From positions 1 to 52,254 of the IMG/VR virus record IMGVR_UViG_3300048817_000118: 52,254 bases of DNA. One strand, written 5' to 3'. The DNA is from a virus (Duplodnaviria; Caudoviricetes). The translations under genes and the position numbers were made by a program. This document shows positions 8,103-17,172 of the stretch, one piece after another. The notes under the pieces were generated by a model. It was given only the letters and a program-made list of their open reading frames with translations. It was not told the origin of the DNA and did no database searches. The number at the start of each line of letters is the position of its first letter. Position 1 is the first letter of the stretch.

Positions 8103-8381
8103 TTACGGTTTAGCGCTACCGTTGCCATTACGGTTAAAATAGTCCGCAATGATCATTTTAATTACGGCAGAGCGGCTGCGCAGTCGAGTACCGTCACGAC
8201 GGCTGGCTTCGTAGGCGGCATAATCTTCTTGATATTTTTTATAGCGTTCTTGCTGAGAACGAGTAAGAGTGCCGGGAGCTACGTTTTTTGTAGGAAAAGG
8301 CCAAGTGGGTTCAGGTAGATCTTCTACCAAAGCGTCAATCTTAATTGCCAGTTCATCTGACAAATCAGCGGATATCAACAT
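8103..8381 (-). CDS. Putative ribbon-helix-helix-like regulator with internal insertion
   Basis: MLISADLSDELAIKIDALV...RSRSAVIKMIIADYF; first gene after the leftward promoter; AGAGGGG RBS. Confidence 0.5.
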   Translation of the reverse strand: MLISADLSDELAIKIDALVEDLPEPTWPFPTKNVAPGTLTRSQQERYKKYQEDYAAYEASRRDGTRLRSRSAVIKMIIADYFNRNGNGSAKP

Positions 8382-8414
8382 AAACCATCAACCCCTCTTG
8401 TTTACAGTAAATAT

Positions 8415-8443
8415 AAATTACGCTGTTTATATTAAAAAGTAAA
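8415..8443 (-). promoter_or_regulatory. Sigma70-like leftward (early) promoter
   Basis: TTTACT-17 nt-TAATTT on the - strand, 33 nt upstream of the ATG at 8381. Confidence 0.6.
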
Positions 8444-8449
8444 GGGTTA

Positions 8450-8750
8450 ACTTACGCCTGTGTTTGAGCGGCGTAAGGGGCTTTTGTAAATGGCAACCTA
8501 GCATAAACAGAGGCTATTTTTAATCTTTTACAAAAGCCCCTTACGCTACCCCCCCTTTCGGGTTGGACCTATAGGAATTCACTACTATTATTATAATGAG
8601 TATTTCTCTATATATAAGTTAAAAAGCCGTAAGGCCGTAAGGGCGTAAGGGGATTTTTGTAGAACCGTGCTCCGCACGGGTTTCCAATTACTGACCTCCC
8701 CTTACGCCTTTGTTTATGCGGGTCCCAGCACTTAGCTGTTTACCGCCTTT
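8450..8750. repeat. Putative replication origin/operator: GCGTAAGG/CCTTACGC repeats, 20-bp perfect inverted repeat, AT-rich core
   Basis: GCGTAAGGGGCTTTTGTAAA (8471-8490) is inverted at 8527-8546; CGTAAGG three times in tandem at 8628-8650; CCCTTACGCC at about 8699; AT-rich 8575-8625. Confidence 0.65.
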
Positions 8751-8756
8751 TTACCC

Positions 8757-8786
8757 TTTACTTCCACCTTCCACCCCGCGTAAAGT
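8757..8786 (+). promoter_or_regulatory. Sigma70-like rightward promoter
   Basis: TTTACT-18 nt-TAAAGT facing the morphogenesis operon. Confidence 0.5.
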
Positions 8787-8872
8787 TAATTAGTAATCTG
8801 TGTTTCCTGTTCACACTCGTCGCACAACAGGCTTTGCCGGACAACGCGGTAGTTACGCCCCAAATACCGGAA

Positions 8873-9214
8873 ATGAAAATCGGAATCCTTGAGTTCCACC
8901 AATCGCATGACGAGTTACCTAAACATTCTGTATCTTCCGTCCGAGCTACAAAGCTTCTCGGACTTAATGTTGTGGCTTGGGTTACGGAAGGTCGCTTGTT
9001 GCGTTTAATAGTCCGTGCTGGTTGGAGTTCCGTGAAAGAACTTCTCCGCCCCGCCTGCTTTAGTACCACTCCTATCTTGTTGTTGGCTCCGCTTCCTTAT
9101 TATGATTTGGACACTAACTATCCGCGCTTGGGTCAGGAGACGGATGCCCAAGAGCGGCGTAGGCAGTTGTGGAGCGGGCAGGCCATGGTGCCGGCAAGGG
9201 AAAGAGTGGAATGA
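8873..9214 (+). CDS. Hypothetical protein upstream of terS
   Basis: Open frame MKIGILEF...; start uncertain (8834 or 8873). Confidence 0.4.
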   Translation: MKIGILEFHQSHDELPKHSVSSVRATKLLGLNVVAWVTEGRLLRLIVRAGWSSVKELLRPACFSTTPILLLAPLPYYDLDTNYPRLGQETDAQERRRQLWSGQAMVPARERVE

Positions 9215-9435
9215 AGATTACCAGATTGCAACCTCCGACAATTGAAGAGGTTCAGTGGACGATTTCCGCTCTGGAAAAAGAGTTTCGCGTCAGCAGCGGG
9301 AAGTTTGCGTCCAATGAAAGGGCGTATCGCTCCGTTCCCGAGGACATTGCTGCCAATTGGGATTTGGCGCTGCATCAACTTGATGTATTGCGGCCGTTAG
9401 TGCCGGCAAGGGAAAGAGTGGATTGTGGGAACTAA
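9211..9435 (+). CDS. Small protein, possibly antitoxin-like, between 23-bp direct repeats
   Basis: MKITRLQPPTIEEVQWTISALEKEFRVSSGKF...W; GTGCCGGCAAGGGAAAGAGTGGA at 9188-9210 and 9400-9422. Confidence 0.55.
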   Translation: MKITRLQPPTIEEVQWTISALEKEFRVSSGKFASNERAYRSVPEDIAANWDLALHQLDVLRPLVPARERVDCGN

Positions 9436-10003
9436 AAAGACTAAGAAACACCGCAAGCCCCGAGAGCTTAAGCCTAACGAGGCCTTGTTCGTGGCCGAGA
9501 GTGTCAAGCCCGGATTGAGCAAGGTCGAGGCCTCGCGACGCGCTGGTCTGGATCACGTGCCCCACGGGGCACACGTGAATCGTTATCGTCAGGAAGTGCT
9601 GCAGCAGCAGATGTCGATCGCGGACGTAACGGTAGGGCGTATTGTGGTGGAGTTGGCGCGTGTGGCGTTCTCGGATCCTGGCAAGATGTTCGACGATTAC
9701 GGGCATATGTTGCCCATTAGCGAGATGGATGAGGATACGCGCCGAGCTATTAGCGGCTTCGATGTGGAGAAGAGAACGGAACGACACGGCGACGACACGG
9801 AAACGTATTATGTCTTAAAGCCCCGGCTGTGGAACAAGAACGCGGCCCTGGATACGCTAGCCAAGCTGCACTACACTGAGGCCGGAGAGCTGCGTATGCC
9901 TACTAACGGTGGCACGCTAGCACCGCAGCAGCCGGTTGTTCATGTACACTTTGTAGCTCCGCCGCAACAACTAGAGAATGGCAGCAGCGGTACTACCTCC
10001 TGA
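9425..10003 (+). CDS. terS: Terminase small subunit
   Basis: ELARVAFSDPGKMFD..G.M.PISEMDED..RAI pattern; immediately upstream of terL. Confidence 0.85.
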   Translation: MGTKKTKKHRKPRELKPNEALFVAESVKPGLSKVEASRRAGLDHVPHGAHVNRYRQEVLQQQMSIADVTVGRIVVELARVAFSDPGKMFDDYGHMLPISEMDEDTRRAISGFDVEKRTERHGDDTETYYVLKPRLWNKNAALDTLAKLHYTEAGELRMPTNGGTLAPQQPVVHVHFVAPPQQLENGSSGTTS

Positions 10004-11264
10004 ACTCGATGTACGGCTACCCGACGGTTACGAGTACCTGTTCGAGCCGCACCGCTACAAGGTGGCCCACGGGGGCCGGGGCAGTACCAAGTCTTGGTCT
10101 TTCGCGCGTGCGCTTATCATTAAAGCGTACCACTATAAGTTGCGCATCCTCTGCGCCCGCGAGCTGCAGACCTCCATCGGCGAGAGCGTCCACAAGCTGC
10201 TCGCGGACCAGATCGAGCTCATGGGGCTCGGCAAGTTCTTCGAGGTGCAGCAGCAGGGCATCTATGGCCACCGGGGCAGTGAGTTCTTCTTCTACGGTAT
10301 TCGCAACAACATTACTAAAGTTAAGTCCGCCGAGGGCATCGACATTTGTTGGTGTGAGGAAGCTGAGAAAATTAGCGACAACAGCTGGCAGGTGCTTATT
10401 CCCACTATCCGCAAGACGGGCAGTGAGATATGGATTACCTTTAACCCCGACGAGGAGATGGATCCCACCTACCAGCGCTTTATCGCTAACGCAAAACAAC
10501 TGCCTGGCAACAGCGTCGTCCGCGAGTTTAACTGGAACCACAATCCCTGGTGGTACACGGACGACTGCAAGAGTATGCGGGACGAGAAGGACTACCTCTA
10601 CCGCGTGGACCCCGAGGCTGCGAACCACGTGTGGGGTGGGCTGTGCCGGCAGAACGCTAGCAGCCAAATATTCCGGGGCAAGTATGCGGTCGAGGATTTC
10701 GACGCGCCTACGAACGATTCCGTCCTGTTCCGCGAGCAGGGCTGGGACGGGCCGTACTTCGGCGCGGACTGGGGATTTTCGCAGGACCCGGCCTGCATCG
10801 TCAAGTGTTGGGTAAAGGGCTATGTATACGGCAAGACAATGGGAAAGCTTTATGTGGAGTATGACGAAGGCGGCGTCGGCATCGAGCTGGACGACCTGCC
10901 CGCCGTGTTTAAGCGGGTGCCTGGTGTGTGCGATTATCTCATACGAGGCGACAGCTCGCGGCCCGAGACTATTAGCCACGTCGCCCGTCACGGCAACATG
11001 CGCATAGACCCCAGCGAAAAGTGGAAGGGCTCGGTGGAGGACGGCATTGCTTTCCTTAAGAGCTTCGAGCAGATCGTCATCCACAGTCGTTGTGTTGCCA
11101 CCCAGCAAGAGGCCCGGCTGTACAGCTACAAGCGTGACCGGCTTACGGGCGATGTGCTGGCGGATATCGTAGACGCCAATAACCACCGCTTCGACGCTGT
11201 GCGCTACGCCTTGGAGCCGCTGATCATGGCGGGCAACGCGGCACACGTATGGGCACGGATGTGA
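9978..11264 (+). CDS. terL: Terminase large subunit, PBSX family
   Basis: GGRGSTKS, CAREL, WCEEAE, TFNP, GADWGF, NNHRFDAVRY. Confidence 0.95.
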   Translation: MAAAVLPPELDVRLPDGYEYLFEPHRYKVAHGGRGSTKSWSFARALIIKAYHYKLRILCARELQTSIGESVHKLLADQIELMGLGKFFEVQQQGIYGHRGSEFFFYGIRNNITKVKSAEGIDICWCEEAEKISDNSWQVLIPTIRKTGSEIWITFNPDEEMDPTYQRFIANAKQLPGNSVVREFNWNHNPWWYTDDCKSMRDEKDYLYRVDPEAANHVWGGLCRQNASSQIFRGKYAVEDFDAPTNDSVLFREQGWDGPYFGADWGFSQDPACIVKCWVKGYVYGKTMGKLYVEYDEGGVGIELDDLPAVFKRVPGVCDYLIRGDSSRPETISHVARHGNMRIDPSEKWKGSVEDGIAFLKSFEQIVIHSRCVATQQEARLYSYKRDRLTGDVLADIVDANNHRFDAVRYALEPLIMAGNAAHVWARM

Positions 11265-11389
11265 GTGACCCGGTCGCGGTGCTTCCTGGTGTTCGAGGAC
11301 TGGATGTACCACGTGTTCCACCTGGCGGGCGGTATGCCGGAAGCAAAAGACTGCAAGATTTGCGTGTGGTACGCCAAGCTAAAGCGTAA

Positions 11390-11542
11390 ATGAGCGCCCA
11401 GCAACCCAGGCTGTCCGGCACTAAGAACAAGCCGGTTAAGCACATTGGCAACCCGAGCGCGGCGTGCGCGGCGGGCCGCCACCGCGAGTGCTACAAGTTG
11501 GACTGCCCCTGCGGGTGCCACAGGATCGCGAGGCTGCAATAA
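11390..11542 (+). CDS. Small Cys/His peptide (50 aa)
   Basis: MSAQQPRL...CAAGRHRECYKLDCPCGCH; overlaps its neighbours by ATGA and TAATG. Confidence 0.45.
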   Translation: MSAQQPRLSGTKNKPVKHIGNPSAACAAGRHRECYKLDCPCGCHRIARLQ

Positions 11543-11688
11543 TGCTTTGGACAATTTTGGTGGTCCTGCTGGTGCTGTGGCTGCTCGGGTTTGGAGCAGG
11601 CATAGGCGGCGGGGCCATCCATCTAATACTGGTGGTGTGCGTGGTGTTGCTGGTGCTAGGACTAGTGCAAAGGAGGAACGTGCCATGA
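11542..11688 (+). CDS. lmo0937/DUF5670-like small membrane protein
   Basis: MLWTILVVLLVLWLLGFGAGIGGGAIHLILVV matches the recalled family pattern. Confidence 0.8.
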   Translation: MLWTILVVLLVLWLLGFGAGIGGGAIHLILVVCVVLLVLGLVQRRNVP

Positions 11689-11936
11689 CAGCGAAAAAGA
11701 AGGGCAAGATGAAGCTGGTGACCAAGGCGGTGCAGCGGGCCGAGAAAGACGCCCGGCGGGCCAAGATCAAGATCGCTCGTGTCGCGGCCCTGGAGGACGG
11801 TAAGCACGTGGTGGAGCTGCACGTGGAGGACGCGCCGCCGTTACCCGCCGATCTGAGCCTGTACGACACGGCCCCGGTGGCGCTGGAGGAGCTGCCTCCG
11901 GAGCACAGGACGTGGTGGGACAAGCTGTGGGACTGA
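11685..11936 (+). CDS. Hypothetical protein
   Basis: AGGAGG RBS; MTAKKKGKMK...WWDKLWD. Confidence 0.6.
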   Translation: MTAKKKGKMKLVTKAVQRAEKDARRAKIKIARVAALEDGKHVVELHVEDAPPLPADLSLYDTAPVALEELPPEHRTWWDKLWD

Positions 11937-12037
11937 AGTTAGCCCTGGCGCCAAGCGCGGAGCGAGCTGAGGGCGGCCACTCCACCGAGCGGAGACCCGA
12001 CTGCGACGACCCCCGCGCTTCGCGGCGAGGCTAACTT
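11936..12037 (+). ncRNA. Candidate structured RNA element
   Basis: Nested stems AAGTTAGCC/GGCTAACTT, CGCC/GGCG, AAGCGCGG/CCGCGCTT and CTCC/GGAG span the whole intergenic gap. Confidence 0.45.
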
Positions 12038-12253
12038 ATGGCTGAGAACTACAAGGCGGTTACCGACAGCACACTGGCCGACATCAACGCCCGCAACCGG
12101 GACATGTGGGATAGCAACGCCGCCAAAATGCCGGAGCGCATCATTGAGGACGAAGCGAAGGGCGAAGAGGAAGAGCCTGATTCTACCGAGGACCGCGCCG
12201 TGCACTTGCCGCGCCGGGCCAGCCGCAAGTGGCGAGGGAGCAATTTTAGTTGA
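12038..12253 (+). CDS. Small acidic protein before the portal
   Basis: 71 aa; LADINARNRDMW resembles the DUF2213 C-terminus (EDINKKNADFW). Confidence 0.6.
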   Translation: MAENYKAVTDSTLADINARNRDMWDSNAAKMPERIIEDEAKGEEEEPDSTEDRAVHLPRRASRKWRGSNFS

Positions 12254-13761
12254 GTAAGGTATCCATCAAGAATACCGTCCGCGACGCCAAGCGCGAGGAT
12301 AAGGCCGCGCGCCTGGCCCGCACCGCGTCGAAGACCACCGACAGCATGGTGAACTTCGCGGCCAACTTCGGCATCGGGGCCGACAATTTAATGTCGACCA
12401 CCACCTACGGCTTCAACCCCATCACGCGCAACCGCATTCTGCTGGAGTGGATCCATCGGGGCAGTTGGTTGGGCGGCGTTGCGGTGGACGTGGTGGCGGA
12501 CGACATGACGCGCGCCGGGGTAGACATCCGGGGCGAGCTCAAGCCGGACAAGATCGAGCAGATCGAGCAGGCGGTCAGTCGGTTGGGCGTATGGTCCGCC
12601 GTCTCCGATACGGTGAAGTGGTCCCGGCTGTACGGCGGGGCCATCGCCGTCATGCTGATCGAAGGCCAGGACATGGCCACGCCGCTCCGGTTGGAGACCG
12701 TAGCCAAGGACCAGTTCAAGGGGCTGCTGGCGCTGGACCGCTGGATGGTGGACCCATCGCTTAACGATCTAGTCACCGACCTTGGGCCCGACTTGGGCAA
12801 CCCCAAATTTTATACTGTCCTGGCCACGGCTCCGGCCGTGATAAAGAAGCGTATCCACTACTCGCGCTGCCTGCGGCTGGAAGGCATCCGGCTGTCGTAC
12901 TGGCAGCGCGTGATGGAGAACCTCTGGGGCATATCGGTATTAGAGCGCCTGTACGACCGCATGGTGGCGTTCGACTCTGCCACCACGGGCGCGGCGCAGC
13001 TGGTGTATAAGGCATACCTGCGCTGCTACAAGATTAAGGGCCTGCGGGAGGTGATCTCGGCGGGCGGGCCTGCGATGCAGAACCTGCTCCGGTTTACGGA
13101 GTTCATGCGCTCGCTGCAGTCGATCGAGGGCATTACCTTAATCGACGCCGACGACGACCTAGCCGCTATAACGCAGCCGAGCTTCGCCGGGCTAAGCGAC
13201 GCGCTTATGCAGTTCGGCCAGCAGCTGGGCGGGGCGCTGCAGATCCCGCTTACGCGGCTGTTCGGCCAGTCGCCCACGGGCATGAACGCTACCGGCGAGA
13301 GCGACCTGCGCACGTACTACGACGGCATTAAACAGCGGCAAAACCGGGAGCTGCTGGTGCCGATGACCAACGTCTACCGCGCCGTGGCGCAGAGCGAGGG
13401 CATTAAGCTGACGGACAGCTTCTCGCTCGACTTCCGCAGCCTGTGGGTGCTGTCGGACGACCAGAAGGCATCTATCGGCAGCACGGACTCCACGGCGGTG
13501 ACGGGCGTGTTCAACGCCGGGGTCATCAGCCCCAAGGTGGCGCTCAAGGAGCTGCGGCAGCTGTCCAAGACCAGCGGGCGGTTTACCAACATTACGGACA
13601 AGGACATCAACGCCGCCAGCGACGAGACGGGCGCGGGCATGGTGGAAGAGCAGCACGGCATGGGGATGGAGACGGGCGCGGCCAGCCTGCAGCAGATGGA
13701 GGACGAGCCTGCCGGGGGCGCGCCCAACGGCAAAGCCAAGAAGAAGCAGGCGGCGGCGTGA
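12250..13761 (+). CDS. Portal protein (DUF1073 family)
   Basis: VDVVADDMTRAG, WSRLYGG, IHYSR, IPLTRLFGQSPTGMNATGESDLRTYYD. Confidence 0.92.
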   Translation: MSKVSIKNTVRDAKREDKAARLARTASKTTDSMVNFAANFGIGADNLMSTTTYGFNPITRNRILLEWIHRGSWLGGVAVDVVADDMTRAGVDIRGELKPDKIEQIEQAVSRLGVWSAVSDTVKWSRLYGGAIAVMLIEGQDMATPLRLETVAKDQFKGLLALDRWMVDPSLNDLVTDLGPDLGNPKFYTVLATAPAVIKKRIHYSRCLRLEGIRLSYWQRVMENLWGISVLERLYDRMVAFDSATTGAAQLVYKAYLRCYKIKGLREVISAGGPAMQNLLRFTEFMRSLQSIEGITLIDADDDLAAITQPSFAGLSDALMQFGQQLGGALQIPLTRLFGQSPTGMNATGESDLRTYYDGIKQRQNRELLVPMTNVYRAVAQSEGIKLTDSFSLDFRSLWVLSDDQKASIGSTDSTAVTGVFNAGVISPKVALKELRQLSKTSGRFTNITDKDINAASDETGAGMVEEQHGMGMETGAASLQQMEDEPAGGAPNGKAKKKQAAA

Positions 13762-13852
13762 AGTATAGGCCCCTGTGGGTAGATTTGTTCATAACCCTGG
13801 TTCTAGTGGCTACGTTCGCCATGGTCATCTACAGCTGCACGGTGCATCATTC

Positions 13853-15238
13853 GTGAACTATTACACAAGGGAAAGACTGGGCCCGAAGCAGGCGCTAACG
13901 CCGGAAGGGTTCCTGCTGTGCAGCGACGTTCCGATCGCCCGCACCGGGACCATGTTATACGGTTACGGCGAGGTGTCTACCGAGGACGGCACGCCGCTGG
14001 AGGTGGACGGTGACCGCGTCACGTACGTGGACCGCGCGGCGGAGGACGTGTTCCGGGCGGAGACGCTGGCCAGCTTCGACGGCAAGCCGTTGGTCAACAG
14101 CCACCCCGAGGACGACGTCGGGCCACACAACTGGCGGCAGCTGGCGGCGGGAACGGTGATGCGCGTAAGGCGCGGGGCCGGGGTACTGGACGACGTGATG
14201 CTGGCCGACGTGCTGGTTACCAACCATGACGAAATACAGGCCGTGCGCGCCGGGCTGCGGGAAGTAAGCTGCGGCTACACCGCCAAGTACCAGCGCACTG
14301 CCCCGGCGCGATATCGGCAATACGACATTATTGGGAATCACGTGGCCCTGGTAGAGAGTGGTCGCTGCGGGTCACGGTGCTCTATAGGCGACACAATCAG
14401 CAACGAGGAGAAGCGCATGACGGTGAAAGAGCGGTTTCGAGCTGCATTCAAGTCCAAGGATGAGGCGGCTTTCGACGCCGTTCTCGCGGAGGTCCCCGCA
14501 GAAGGCAGTAATAACGGCGGACCGGAAATCCACATTCACAACGAGCATCGCCCGACGCGCGACGCCGAGCACAAGGAAGACTGCGACTGCGCCGAGTGCA
14601 AGGGCAAGACTAAAGATCGTACTATGGACGCCCGCATGAAGAAGGTCGAGGACTCCGTGGACTCCATCGGGCGGGACGTTAAGTCCATGAAGGACGCCTG
14701 GGAGAAGAAGGACAAGGAAGACGAGGAAGAGGAAGACGAGAAGGAGACTAAGGACAACACGGCCATCGAGGGCTCCTTGGAGATGGAGGCACCTCCGGGC
14801 ACGGACGACGGCGTGGCCGCCAAGGCCAAAGACTCGGCCTACCTGGCCGACAGCTGGGAGGAGGCCATCAGCCTGGGCGAGATCATCTCGCCGGGGTACC
14901 GGGCTCCCACGTTCGACGCTAAGAGCGACCCGAAAAAGACGTTCGACAGCCTTTGCCGGTTCCGCCGTAGCGTGCTAGACCTGGCGGAGAAGGAGCCCGC
15001 GACGCGCAGCTTTATGGAGAGCGTTACGGCGGGGCGTGAGTGGAAGACCTACGACTGCAACGGCATGCGGACTTTATTCCGGGCCGTGGGCGCGCACAAG
15101 AAGGACGCCAACAACCGGTCGCAGCAGACGGCGGACGAGCGACCGCTGCAGGCGGTCGGAGGCGGGCTGGGCACCAAGATGTACCCGGAAGACATCAACA
15201 AGAAGAACGCTGATTTTTGGTCCAAACAACCGGCCTAG
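13853..15238 (+). CDS. DUF2213 prohead protease/scaffold
   Basis: TPEGFL...PIARTG, GKPL..HP, EVSCGY, GNHVALVESGRCG.RC.IGD, then a charged scaffold tail; likely GTG start. Confidence 0.9.
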   Translation: MNYYTRERLGPKQALTPEGFLLCSDVPIARTGTMLYGYGEVSTEDGTPLEVDGDRVTYVDRAAEDVFRAETLASFDGKPLVNSHPEDDVGPHNWRQLAAGTVMRVRRGAGVLDDVMLADVLVTNHDEIQAVRAGLREVSCGYTAKYQRTAPARYRQYDIIGNHVALVESGRCGSRCSIGDTISNEEKRMTVKERFRAAFKSKDEAAFDAVLAEVPAEGSNNGGPEIHIHNEHRPTRDAEHKEDCDCAECKGKTKDRTMDARMKKVEDSVDSIGRDVKSMKDAWEKKDKEDEEEEDEKETKDNTAIEGSLEMEAPPGTDDGVAAKAKDSAYLADSWEEAISLGEIISPGYRAPTFDAKSDPKKTFDSLCRFRRSVLDLAEKEPATRSFMESVTAGREWKTYDCNGMRTLFRAVGAHKKDANNRSQQTADERPLQAVGGGLGTKMYPEDINKKNADFWSKQPA

Positions 15239-15261
15239 AGCGGCCAAAGGGAGAACAACGC

Positions 15262-15933
15262 ATGAACTGGAACGAGCTTAAAACAGTGCTGGAGACGGGT
15301 CGGCACGACTACGACCCGGAGTCGCTCGAACAGTCGCCGCTGGGCTTAAAGCGCTACGCGGCCATTGCCCGAGACCACCGCCGTAAAACTGCCGGGCGCA
15401 CGCAGGACATCAGCTACTTGGGCCGCATGCCGGCCGGATTCGCCGGGGCCGTAAACCGCTCGCATCCGATGAGCATCGAGCCCTGCCTGATCGACTACGT
15501 CGCCCCGCCGCTGTACTACGGGCAGTGCGTGGTGGTTGATCCGACTACACAGGGCGTGCGTCCGCTGGTGGCCGGGGACTCGGGGCTAACGGACGTGTAC
15601 GGGATTACCGTGCGCCCTTTCCCGTACCAGCAGACTACGGGCGGCAGCTTCCCGCTCAGCGCCACGATCGGGGCGGCTACGCCTCCGGTGGCCGGGTTTA
15701 TGGGGATCTTGAAGCAAGGCTATATCATGGTCCCTATTAACGCCAGCGGCAACGCTCCGGTAAAGGGCACTCCCACGTATGCCTGGGTAGCGGCCACCAG
15801 CGGCGCGCACATCCAGGGCCTGTGGGAGGCGACGGACAACGGCAGCTCCATCCAGGTGGGCACCGTTCCGCGCAACGTGTACCAGGGTGGCTGGGACGCC
15901 AACAACGTTGGGGAGTTGATTTTCCACGACTAA
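15262..15933 (+). CDS. Head decoration/cement protein
   Basis: RMPAGFAGAVNR, YGITVRPFP, ILKQGYIMV; lies between protease and capsid. Confidence 0.8.
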   Translation: MNWNELKTVLETGRHDYDPESLEQSPLGLKRYAAIARDHRRKTAGRTQDISYLGRMPAGFAGAVNRSHPMSIEPCLIDYVAPPLYYGQCVVVDPTTQGVRPLVAGDSGLTDVYGITVRPFPYQQTTGGSFPLSATIGAATPPVAGFMGILKQGYIMVPINASGNAPVKGTPTYAWVAATSGAHIQGLWEATDNGSSIQVGTVPRNVYQGGWDANNVGELIFHD

Positions 15934-15978
15934 CACGGCCCGGAAACGCGATAAAAATCTAAAGGGAGAATAGCGAAG

Positions 15979-17112
15979 ATGCTTACATTCGACGATTGCG
16001 TTAAACTCCGGCAGTCTGGTATGGAAGACGCGCCGGGCAAGTTCTTGGACAAGAAATTCCACCGCACCACTAAGGACGGGCGCACCATCGACAGCACGGG
16101 CGCGTTCATGGTGGGCGAGCTAGAGCGGCTGGACCAGACGCTCCATGATCCGCTGGCCAGCGTCACCTGGGGCCGGGACATCGACCTGCGGGAGGACGTC
16201 ACCATCGCCGACGAGATCAGCAGCTACACGCTGAGCACCTACGGTAGCGCCGGGGGCCTGGGCGCGGGGCAGAGCATCGGCAACGGCAAGGCGTGGCTGG
16301 ACCAGAATTCTACCCAGATGACCGGGATCGACCTGGACCTCGCTAAGATCACCGTTCCGCTGAACCCTTGGGCCATCGAGCTCAAGTACACCATCATCGA
16401 GCTGGAGTCCGCCGCCAAGCTGGGCCGCCCCATCGACCAGCAGAAGTACGAGGGGCTGCAGCTGAAGCACCAGATGGACATCGACGAGATGGTGTACATC
16501 GGGGACACCACCGTGCGCAACCAGCTGCAAAGCGGCACTCCGCTGATCACCGGGCTGCTGAACACCACCAGCGGCGTGCAGGCCGTGGGCTATAATGCCA
16601 ACGTGGCCACCGTGGGCGGCAACACCACGTGGGCTGCGAAAATAGCGGCGGGGAACTATATTGCAGTGGCGACGGACGTAAACACGCTGCTGTACAACGT
16701 GTGGCAAAACTCCGGGTTCGCCGTGGTGCCGGACCGGCTGCTGCTTCCGCCCAACGACTTCGGGCTGATCAGCACGGCCATCATCAGCACGGCGGGCAAC
16801 GTCAGCATCCTGAAGTACATCCAGGAGAACAACATCCTTACCACCAGCGGACGGGGCAAGCTTACGATCTTTCCCTGCAAGTGGTGTCAGGGAACGGCGG
16901 TGGGCGGCGTTCCCCTTACGGGCGGCACGGGGTACGACGTGATGCTGGCCTATACCAAGGACAAGAAGCGCGTCCGCTACCCGATGACCATGCTGCAGCG
17001 CACTCCGGTGCAGTACGACGGGATGTGGCACAAGACGGCATATTTCTGCAAGCTGGGGAGTCTGGAGATCGTCTATCCAGAAACGCTCGGGCTCGCCACG
17101 GCACTCAGCTAG
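15979..17112 (+). CDS. Major capsid protein (DUF2184 family)
   Basis: GAFMVGELERLDQTLHDPL..VTWGRDIDLREDV, GRPIDQQK, VYIGD, IVYPET. Confidence 0.92.
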   Translation: MLTFDDCVKLRQSGMEDAPGKFLDKKFHRTTKDGRTIDSTGAFMVGELERLDQTLHDPLASVTWGRDIDLREDVTIADEISSYTLSTYGSAGGLGAGQSIGNGKAWLDQNSTQMTGIDLDLAKITVPLNPWAIELKYTIIELESAAKLGRPIDQQKYEGLQLKHQMDIDEMVYIGDTTVRNQLQSGTPLITGLLNTTSGVQAVGYNANVATVGGNTTWAAKIAAGNYIAVATDVNTLLYNVWQNSGFAVVPDRLLLPPNDFGLISTAIISTAGNVSILKYIQENNILTTSGRGKLTIFPCKWCQGTAVGGVPLTGGTGYDVMLAYTKDKKRVRYPMTMLQRTPVQYDGMWHKTAYFCKLGSLEIVYPETLGLATALS

Positions 17113-17118
17113 AGGAAG

Positions 17119-17144
17119 AGGGGGCGGGGCCATGCCGCTCCTTT
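17119..17144 (+). terminator. Possible weak intrinsic terminator after the capsid gene
   Basis: GGGGCGG...CCGCTCC stem with a short T tract. Confidence 0.3.
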
Positions 17145-17172
17145 AGTATAATAAAAATTCGGAGGAACCTAT

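Noticed and set aside
11936-12037. tRNA or hammerhead ribozyme
   Set aside because: No T-loop or cloverleaf, and no CUGAnGA plus GAAA core.
12250-13761. Anti-CBASS Acb1 label sometimes given to DUF1073 proteins
   Set aside because: Position and motifs indicate a plain portal; no phosphoesterase domain is evident.
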